A stretch of DNA of 64,000 bases from Auanema rhodensis (Eukaryota > Animalia > Nematoda), in NCBI GenBank assembly GCA_964057225.1, contig OZ059895.1:806001-870000 (forward strand). Direction: 5' to 3'. Made by a program: the position numbers and the translations under genes. Positions 12,969-20,216 of this stretch are shown in pieces; position 1 is the stretch's first letter, and each line of letters begins with the position of its first letter. A model generated the notes under the pieces. It had not been told where the DNA came from. It saw nothing but the letters and a program-made list of their open reading frames with translations, and searched no databases.

Positions 12969-12983
12969 TGGGGGCCGAACCGG
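12969..12983 (+). promoter_or_regulatory. Primer-binding site complementary to tRNA-Pro 3' end
   Basis: TGGGGGCCGAACCGG sits directly after the 5' LTR. Its reverse complement CCGGTTCGGCCC-CCA matches the C. elegans-type tRNA-Pro acceptor end as I recall it. Confidence 0.92.
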
Positions 12984-13397
12984 TCTTCACTATTTTATTG
13001 TTTGGGTTGAGCTAATTGCTCATATAACCCTGTTTGAAAGCTCGAATAGAGTTTGGTGAAAAAGTCACTGCTACCTGAATAGGGTTCTGTTTGTATTCAT
13101 TCAATTTTGTTTGGTATTTGCCGAATAAAAGTGAAGTTTACAGAACAATTATCATTTGACAGTGTTGGTAACAACAGTGTCTCTTGGTTTATTGTTGTAC
13201 GGTTGTTTTTGGTTAAAGTGTTTACTTTTAAACACTTTTTCTGATTTCTTCCGCTGTGAACTACATTCAGAACTTGGGTAGTAGTAACTAATATCAAGTA
13301 AATTCAATTTTCTTGATATAAGTGCTTGTTTGATTCTTTCAAATAGCAATAAATTAGTAGAGGAATTTCTAGTAATTTTTTTTCATTGATAGGTGAA

Positions 13398-14090
13398 ATG
13401 TCATTTGTGAATGAATTGCTCGATATGGACTTCGAGAGCGCATTTGAAGAGGTAATGTTGAATTCATTCATCTCTGAAATATTATCGGCTATTGAGCCGT
13501 TGAATGATTGTTTACGTAAAGATTTTACGGAAAAAATCAGAAATTCTGCTGAGAAAAGGAGAGCAGAGCAGAAAGTTGCTAATTTGATAAACTCAATGAA
13601 GCAAAATTTAGCTAGTGAATTGCGAAAAGGGCAAAATTGGAGATTTATCCAGTCCATTATTACAGTAATGAACAAGAGTGGGCTCAAAAAGCCTTCAGAG
13701 TTGGGTAATACTCTGAAGTTAGCTGATAAACGAGCGGAAACAACTAAATTCATTTGTGAGATTTTCCAACTCAATGAAAGTGAGATAGTGGACGAGATGA
13801 GGGCGATTAATAGTACTATGAAAGATTTATGCGATTTTTTCAAATGTGATAAAAAATCTTTGAAGCATGAAATATTTAATAGTTTTAATTTGCAGAGATC
13901 AGCAGCTATCGAGAGCCAAGCGCAATTAGCTATGGCGGATATGATGATTGATGACAAAGCAGCAGGTAAAATAGAAGAGGAAAATTCTGAAATTGAATAT
14001 ATTTTACAGTTGCATCGACAGAAGGAGTTGAGAACAACTCAGAAATGGTTGACGGATGTTCAACAGGAACAGGAAAAAAAGAGGAATTAG
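13398..14090 (+). CDS. ORF1, 230-aa alpha-helical/coiled-coil-like protein; probable N-terminal (matrix-like) part of Gag
   Basis: Open frame from ATG 13398 (the track starts at TTG 13386) to TAG 14088-14090. It is E/K/L/M-rich and almost free of Pro and Gly. It is the first long ORF after the PBS and overlaps ORF2, which lies in the -1 frame. Confidence 0.8.
   Translation: MSFVNELLDMDFESAFEEVMLNSFISEILSAIEPLNDCLRKDFTEKIRNSAEKRRAEQKVANLINSMKQNLASELRKGQNWRFIQSIITVMNKSGLKKPSELGNTLKLADKRAETTKFICEIFQLNESEIVDEMRAINSTMKDLCDFFKCDKKSLKHEIFNSFNLQRSAAIESQAQLAMADMMIDDKAAGKIEEENSEIEYILQLHRQKELRTTQKWLTDVQQEQEKKRN
13966..14009 (+). other. Predicted 44-nt spliceosomal intron joining ORF1 to ORF2 (spliced CDS 13398-13965 + 14010-19687, 2081 aa)
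   Basis: CAG|GTAAAA donor, TATATTTTACAG|T acceptor, AT-rich, 44 nt. Removal switches ORF1 into the ORF2 frame and deletes that frame's last stop (TGA 13994-13996). Confidence 0.65.
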
Positions 14091-17000
14091 ACTCCAAGGG
14101 TGAGTCATCTTTGCCTTTTAATGGACTCAGCGCGCAGAATGAAGCGTTTTTGGACATAATGCGAGCGCAATTGCTGCCTGATGTTCCAAGTTTTTCGAGT
14201 GGGTCGTTCGAGAAATGGAACCATTTTGTAGAAGGGTTTCACCTGAAATACCCAAAAAGCACGTTGTCGGCAAGCGGCCGCAGAACGCTGTTTGTAGAAA
14301 AATTAAGAGGAGAGGCGAGAGATAGGTATGATGAGTTGCCTGAAATAATCAGAAACAGTTCGCTCGACAAAATAATAGAGGAACTGAATAAGCAACATGA
14401 GTATTCTAAGAGAGCAAGTAGGTTAGATGCCATAGCTGCTCTTAAATCTTTGAAGTTTGACAACAATAGCAATCTAATAAGCTTTTGTAAGAAACTAGAA
14501 GAAACTTCTAGGAAGGCTTACCCCGGATTGTCTATGTCAAAGTTATCGTTCACAAGAGCTCAAGTCTTGTATGAGGTACTCAGAGAATGTACTTGTGCAT
14601 TACAAGTACTTGAGACAATAGAGACTAGTGAAGAAGGGGAGGTGTATGAGAAAGTGAAAGAGGTCGCTTTACGTTGTGAAAGAAATAAGCGCATTCACTA
14701 CAATCAGCATAGAAAGGACAGAATACCTGAAGTAAACCTGCCCAGGCTGAGATTTTTGAAGCAGAATAATACTGCTAGTGGTCAACACATGACCAATCGT
14801 GACAGTTACGTAACTGAAAAGGTTCGTAATTTTCCACAGAGAAAAGAAGTTATTTGTTACATATGTAACAGAAGTGGTCATATAGCAACACATTGTGCTG
14901 AAAGAAAACGACCATCAGACAATTCTAAAAGAATTGAACAAGAACAGAACAATATGGGTTCTGTTATGAATAAGCAAGCTGTTGCATGGAACAAAACTAT
15001 CAAAACATGCAACAACAGCTATGATGCAAAATTGATTGGTGAGCAGAGTTTACTACCTATGTTAATCTGCAGCATGAGAAATAAAAAAGTTCTTATTGAC
15101 ACGGGATCGCAAATATCAGTGATGTCGTCACAAGCTCTAGTTAATTTGATGAATGAAGGGGTTGACTTAGATAGAAGTGTAACTCAACTTCCTTGGAATG
15201 GAGATAAGTTCATAGCGAATGCCTCGGGTACGCGAATGAATTTTGTTGGAGCAATAAGCTGTGAAGTTTATTGCTCAGAAAGTAAAAAAACTGCACAAGT
15301 ATGTTTTTTGGTGAGAAAAAGTAGAGATGATTCTATACTTATTGGTACGAATGCCCTGAAAGATTTGGGCATATCTTTGAAGTTTTATAGAAAGGAGGCC
15401 ATAGCCTTACAGAGAGTTTATATACCTGCGAATAAAAGTAGAACGTTACAAATCTCATGTGACGAGCAGAAAGATAGCTTACTGGTATCCCATAGGAGTG
15501 ATATACTCACGGGAATATGTAAAGTGGACACCAATAGTTCCACTACAGTGATTGTGGCTAACATGACATGCCAGCCAACCACGATAAAGAAAGGAGAGAT
15601 TGTCGGTAAATGGGAGTCCGAGAATTGGACTGAAAAGCTGACTGCACTGAATGACGAATTGAAAACCGAATCAATTGATGTGTTAGAGATGCGTATGTTA
15701 GATCAATACGCTAAACCAACAGATCCGGTTGGAAGAGCAGAAAAAGTCATTGCTGTCTTAGAAGAGAAAAGTGGTGTAACCTTTGATCCAAAGGTCAAGG
15801 ACCTTTTAGAAGAATATTCATCGATATTTGCGTTGGTTGATGCTGATCTGCAACAAACAAATATTGTCACTATGAATATTGATACGGGAGATGCGAGTCC
15901 TATTCGTCAAAAAGTACGACCAGTGCCGTTTGGTATAAAAAATGAGTTTAGAGGTATTATAAAAGACCTATTACAAAGAGGGGTTATAGAACCTAGCCAA
16001 AGCGCATGGGCAAGCCCTGTAGTCTTAGTAGAGAAAAAAGACAAATCTATCAGACTCTGTATAGATTATAGAGAATTGAATAAGGTCCTGAAACTAGATG
16101 CTTATCCAATACCAACGATAGATATCATTCTTAGATCGATGAACGGGAAGAAAATATTTTCCACATTTGATCTATCGTCGGGGTTTTGGCAAATAAAACT
16201 TTCCGAAGAAGATAAAGAAAAAACATCTTTCGTGACCAGCGAAGGATCTTTTCAATTTGTGGTATGTCCTTTTGGCTTAGCAACTAGTCCACCAACATTC
16301 CAAAGAATGATGGACAAAGCTCTGGGAGATTTACTCAAAAGTAATGAAGTTTTTCTTTATATAGACGATATAATGATTGCAACAGATACTTTCGAAAGAC
16401 ATTTTGAAGTTATGAAGAATGTTTTTGAAGCGCTGAAACAAGCAAATTTATCGTTGAAAGCGGTTAAGTGTAAACTTTTACAAAACGAAGTGGATTATTT
16501 GGGCCACAAAGTAAACGGAGAAGGTATTCACGCCGATCCGAATAAAATTGAGGCAATTTTAAAATATCCCTTACCAAATACGATTGCTGAATTAAGAACA
16601 TTCTTGGGAATGGCGTCGTATTACAGAAAATTTGTGCTAAATTTCGCTGCTATTGCTAAACCAATGCACGAAATGACAAGTGAAAAAAGTAAATGGGAAT
16701 GGACCCAAGAGAGAAAAGAGGCTTTTGAAGTTCTAAAGAAAAAGCTTACTCAAGCTCCTGTACTAATACAGCCTGACTGGGAAGGTGCAAATAGCGGTAA
16801 AAACCCATATATTATATACACTGATGCGTGTGCATCTGGTGTAGGAGCGGTGTTATGTCAAAAAGCAAAAGATAATTTTTTACACCCGATTGCCTTCGTT
16901 TCTAAAGGTTTGTCAAAAGCGGAAAAAAATTATCATGTAACAGATTTAGAAGCTCTGGCTATTGTATTTGCGCTAGAGAAGTTTCAATATTACATTTATA

Positions 17001-19687
17001 ATACTGAAAAAACAGTTGTGAAAACTGATCATCAACCATTGACATGTCTGTTCAAGAAGACAGCAAGTGGGAGAATGTTGAGATGGAGCCTGATTGTACA
17101 GCGATACAGAATAACTATTGAGTACGTCAAAGGAAAAGGAAATGTTATAGCGGATGCATTATCGCGAGGTGTTCCAGTCCAAGATAATTTTGATCTTGAA
17201 AGTGACTCAGATATAAAATATATTTGTTCGTTACAAATGAGAGATAATATAGCTGAATTGATGATGGATGAAAATTACAAAAATATTATCAATCTCAGAA
17301 GTGATGAAAAACTCACAGAGAGAATTTTTCTGCCAAAACTGGCACATAAACTATTTGTCGGTGATTTTCTAATTTCAAAAGAAAACTTGTATTATATCAA
17401 CGAGAAGGGTGAGAAATTATTAGTCATTCCTCCGTCAAAAAGATATGACATATATAAAGAAGCTCATGAAGGATTATTTGGAGCTCATTTTGGACCGAAA
17501 AAAATTATACGTTCTCTAAAGAGACAATTTTTTTGGGACGGTCTGGATTCAGATGTACGGAAATGGCATAGTGAGTGCAAAAAGTGTTTTTTAGCAAATA
17601 GTCGAACGAGTCCAGTTCCACTATTACAGCCTTATAGAACGGAAAAACCATTCGAATTGGTTGGGATTGATGTGATGGATCTGGGTCGAACAACATCAAA
17701 CAATCGTTATGTTGTTGCTATAATAGATCACTTCAGTAAATGGTTAGGTGCATATGCTGTACCAGACAAATCAGCAGCAACTATAGCAAATGTGATAGTT
17801 GTAAAATGGATTTGTGAAGGGGCGAAATGGCCTAAGAAATTTTTATCCGATAAAGGAACTGAATTTTTGAACAAAGTAGTAGATGAAATAAAAAGAATCA
17901 CAAATATTGAATGGATTACTACTATGGGTTATAACCCAAGGGAAAATGGTATAACTGAACGAGTTAATCAGACTATTCAAAGAGCGTTGAAAAAAGCAGG
18001 TAATAGTCCTTCAGAATGGGATAAACTTTTACCATTTGTGACGTATGCTTACAACACAACGCCTCATGAAGCAACAGGCGAATCCCCATTTTTCATTTTA
18101 CATGGGTTTGAACCTTATCTAGTGTCTAACATTGTCGAACCTGACAAACCAAAACTAGTAGAATATGAACTGGATGAATACAAAGTAGATCTTCTAGAAG
18201 GGTTTCGGTTATCAAGGAAACTCGCCATTGAAAAAAATGATCAGGAACGCGAAAAGTTCAAAATGTATTATGATTCTAAGAAAAGTAAACAACAAATGGT
18301 TTTCCACATCGGAGATAGAGTTTACTTAAAAATTATCAATGAAAAACATAAGCATGTTAATAAAAAATTGGTAAATAATTTACGAGGTCCATATCGGATT
18401 ATTGAGTGTTATAAGACATCTGCTCTTATAACAGAATTAACAGGGAAAAATGAACCCATAAAAATTCAGTATGATTTGTTAGTGAAACTCCCTAGTGCAA
18501 TAGATGACATACCAGTTGAGACTAAAAAGAAAAGGAAACAGACCAAAATTAATGAGCTCTATTGCAGGAATATCACCATCACTCATAAAGACGCTTGTCA
18601 CCCTTTATATGAGTGTGATGGAAAATACGTGATGCCTGATGGAAACCATCAAATGTGCTCCTTTAAAACTGCTACGTATGGCGATATATTGGATAACAGA
18701 TGTCCAACATTATTGAGAGGAATCAGAGTAAAGAACACGTTTCGTCTAGCGCAGTTTTTATGCATCATGAAAGATCCAAGAATTTGGATATCCGAAAAGA
18801 TTAATTTTATCAATAGGATGAACGTACATCCGGATGCGGAAAGCATGGCTGAAGCGATCTTAATTCAAAAAAAATTTTGTTTACATGCAAAAGTCAATTT
18901 CTCGGTAATCGAGAATTTTCATATCTCTTGTTCAAATAACGTTGAATTTAATATGTCAGCAGATGACATTTCCAAAGCTTTTTTGTTGGCTGCTGAAAAA
19001 ATAGCCCGTGTTGTAAAACCTTCTAAAAAAGATGTGCTTTTTGTACCGAAAAGAATGAACGCGGTAAACGACTTATACTTTCCATTTGGTGACTGTATAG
19101 TCTATGAAAATTTGACTGGAGAAGTCATCCCTAAGTTGTTGAATTATAATAATGTTAGGTATGTATTGGTTGTAGTGCCTGTGATTTGTGAAGAAGATGA
19201 GATTAGTAAGATAACAAAACAGTTGGGGAGATTAGGATGTGCCCTAGAATCCCAGATTTTGTTAATAAGTCCTATCGCAAGATATGACGATAATAAATTT
19301 TTTGAAAGTATGAGAACGTGGCAGAAGGTCCATGAAATGTTCGCAGCTGAGAGCGCTACTCTTAATAATAAATTGTGGGTCCAGTACATAGGGTGTCGAG
19401 GAGACGATCTTGCGCTTGTTACTAACTACTGGTTTGCCGGTGGGCCGTTACCATATCAGAAATCTTCTGATCGTATTTTGTTTGAGCATGTAAAAAGTTT
19501 TTTTGCAATGCTACAAAAAAAATTGCTATCTGTGGGTGTCGCATCTATGCTAAATAGAATTGAAAGGCGGAAACAAAAGCCAGCGACAAATATAAAGCCA
19601 TATGAGAAATTCTCTTATAAGAAGAATTCTGCGAATTTGCACAAAACCCATAAGCCTCAACAACAGTTTAAAAAAACAGCACCATAA
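14045..19687 (+). CDS. pol: Gag-Pol polyprotein (capsid, zinc knuckle, aspartic protease, RT, RNase H, integrase, C-terminal extension); frame open from 13997
   Basis: 1880-aa uninterrupted ORF. Motifs: LRGEARDRY capsid-like, CYICNRSGHIATHC, LIDTGS, WASPVVLV..RLCIDYRELN, YIDD, YTDAC..G and TDHQPL (RNase H), H-x6-H..CKKC, D..D(35)E, RGPY. Confidence 0.97.
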   Translation: MVDGCSTGTGKKEELDSKGESSLPFNGLSAQNEAFLDIMRAQLLPDVPSFSSGSFEKWNHFVEGFHLKYPKSTLSASGRRTLFVEKLRGEARDRYDELPEIIRNSSLDKIIEELNKQHEYSKRASRLDAIAALKSLKFDNNSNLISFCKKLEETSRKAYPGLSMSKLSFTRAQVLYEVLRECTCALQVLETIETSEEGEVYEKVKEVALRCERNKRIHYNQHRKDRIPEVNLPRLRFLKQNNTASGQHMTNRDSYVTEKVRNFPQRKEVICYICNRSGHIATHCAERKRPSDNSKRIEQEQNNMGSVMNKQAVAWNKTIKTCNNSYDAKLIGEQSLLPMLICSMRNKKVLIDTGSQISVMSSQALVNLMNEGVDLDRSVTQLPWNGDKFIANASGTRMNFVGAISCEVYCSESKKTAQVCFLVRKSRDDSILIGTNALKDLGISLKFYRKEAIALQRVYIPANKSRTLQISCDEQKDSLLVSHRSDILTGICKVDTNSSTTVIVANMTCQPTTIKKGEIVGKWESENWTEKLTALNDELKTESIDVLEMRMLDQYAKPTDPVGRAEKVIAVLEEKSGVTFDPKVKDLLEEYSSIFALVDADLQQTNIVTMNIDTGDASPIRQKVRPVPFGIKNEFRGIIKDLLQRGVIEPSQSAWASPVVLVEKKDKSIRLCIDYRELNKVLKLDAYPIPTIDIILRSMNGKKIFSTFDLSSGFWQIKLSEEDKEKTSFVTSEGSFQFVVCPFGLATSPPTFQRMMDKALGDLLKSNEVFLYIDDIMIATDTFERHFEVMKNVFEALKQANLSLKAVKCKLLQNEVDYLGHKVNGEGIHADPNKIEAILKYPLPNTIAELRTFLGMASYYRKFVLNFAAIAKPMHEMTSEKSKWEWTQERKEAFEVLKKKLTQAPVLIQPDWEGANSGKNPYIIYTDACASGVGAVLCQKAKDNFLHPIAFVSKGLSKAEKNYHVTDLEALAIVFALEKFQYYIYNTEKTVVKTDHQPLTCLFKKTASGRMLRWSLIVQRYRITIEYVKGKGNVIADALSRGVPVQDNFDLESDSDIKYICSLQMRDNIAELMMDENYKNIINLRSDEKLTERIFLPKLAHKLFVGDFLISKENLYYINEKGEKLLVIPPSKRYDIYKEAHEGLFGAHFGPKKIIRSLKRQFFWDGLDSDVRKWHSECKKCFLANSRTSPVPLLQPYRTEKPFELVGIDVMDLGRTTSNNRYVVAIIDHFSKWLGAYAVPDKSAATIANVIVVKWICEGAKWPKKFLSDKGTEFLNKVVDEIKRITNIEWITTMGYNPRENGITERVNQTIQRALKKAGNSPSEWDKLLPFVTYAYNTTPHEATGESPFFILHGFEPYLVSNIVEPDKPKLVEYELDEYKVDLLEGFRLSRKLAIEKNDQEREKFKMYYDSKKSKQQMVFHIGDRVYLKIINEKHKHVNKKLVNNLRGPYRIIECYKTSALITELTGKNEPIKIQYDLLVKLPSAIDDIPVETKKKRKQTKINELYCRNITITHKDACHPLYECDGKYVMPDGNHQMCSFKTATYGDILDNRCPTLLRGIRVKNTFRLAQFLCIMKDPRIWISEKINFINRMNVHPDAESMAEAILIQKKFCLHAKVNFSVIENFHISCSNNVEFNMSADDISKAFLLAAEKIARVVKPSKKDVLFVPKRMNAVNDLYFPFGDCIVYENLTGEVIPKLLNYNNVRYVLVVVPVICEEDEISKITKQLGRLGCALESQILLISPIARYDDNKFFESMRTWQKVHEMFAAESATLNNKLWVQYIGCRGDDLALVTNYWFAGGPLPYQKSSDRILFEHVKSFFAMLQKKLLSVGVASMLNRIERRKQKPATNIKPYEKFSYKKNSANLHKTHKPQQQFKKTAP
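14855..14896 (+). other. CCHC zinc knuckle (nucleocapsid)
   Basis: C-YI-C-NRSG-H-IATH-C = CX2CX4HX4C. Confidence 0.95.
15098..15109 (+). other. Aspartic protease active site DTGS
   Basis: VLIDTGSQISVM, with downstream ILIGTNAL. Confidence 0.93.
16358..16369 (+). other. Reverse transcriptase catalytic motif YIDD
   Basis: FLYIDDIMI, preceded by PFGLATSPPTFQRMM and FDLSSGFWQI. Confidence 0.96.
17465..18394 (+). other. Integrase: HHCC zinc finger, DDE core and GPY/F motif
   Basis: H17465/H17486..CKKC. Catalytic D17669, D17849 and E17957 show D-35-E spacing. GPY at 18386-18394. Confidence 0.93.
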
Positions 19688-19819
19688 CTATTTTCTTGTT
19701 GAAATTTGAATTTTCTCATGTATGTTGTAAATGTTTATTTTTAGTGTTCTTTTTAATGAAACTGTTAAACTATTGAATAAATAGTAATAAGAAGAATTTT
19801 TTCTCGGGACGAGAAATTT

Positions 19820-19832
19820 GAGAGGCCGGGGA
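19820..19832 (+). promoter_or_regulatory. Polypurine tract (plus-strand primer)
   Basis: GAGAGGCCGGGGA immediately before the TGT start of the 3' LTR. Confidence 0.85.
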
Positions 19833-20212
19833 TGTCAAGAATATGGCTATAGATACTAAAATGAATAGTATAAATAAAGATAAATATATAATATAATTTA
19901 TATAAAATATTAAGATAACAATTATTCATGAAAAAATTAAATAAAATGAATAATTTGAATAAAATGACCCATTGATAAAACAATCCATAGTAATCGCGCT
20001 CTATTTAGAGATTGTTGGTAAACAGTGAACTGTTGATAATCAACTACCGTAATCTGATTAAAACAATATTTAGTTGTTTTTTTGTCCTAAAATTATTGTG
20101 ATAAGGAATTTTTTTATATTTTTTTCAGTTTGGAATTTTCTCTTGAATTTTTTTGTATTTTTTTTTGTTTTTTTAAATAAATCTTTTTCTTTTTATTTTT
20201 CGTTCTTTGATT
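19833..20212 (+). repeat. 3' LTR (380 bp, TGTCAAG...CTTTGATT)
   Basis: Starts with TGT right after the PPT. Direct repeat of 12592-12968. The satellite resumes at 20213. Confidence 0.97.
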
Positions 20213-20216
20213 GCAA
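20213..20216. repeat. Right copy of apparent target-site duplication GCAA
   Basis: The satellite resumes GCAA-ATCTGATAAC, repeating the four bases that ended the left flank. Confidence 0.75.

Larger units (their letters stand above)
12592..20212 (+). mobile_element. Full-length Ty3/gypsy (Metaviridae) LTR retrotransposon, Cer-like, ~7.6 kb, recently inserted
   Basis: Two direct LTRs offset by 7244 bp, with PBS after the 5' LTR and PPT before the 3' LTR. Intact Gag-PR-RT-RH-IN domain order is diagnostic of gypsy rather than copia. Flanked by interrupted satellite. The left edge is 12592 or 12595 because of the CAA overlap. Confidence 0.98.

Noticed and set aside
12830-13015. Phe-rich ORFs at 12830 and 20074
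   Set aside because: Translation of LTR T-tracts running into the PBS or the satellite; non-ATG start.
13097-14893. Antisense ORFs including the 217-aa ORF at 13304-13957
   Set aside because: Mostly shadow frames of ORF1/ORF2 with no motifs or independent signals. The same applies to the short antisense ORFs at 17505-19983.
18500-19687. env gene or chromodomain after integrase
   Set aside because: No separate ORF, signal peptide, convincing TM helix or chromodomain signature.
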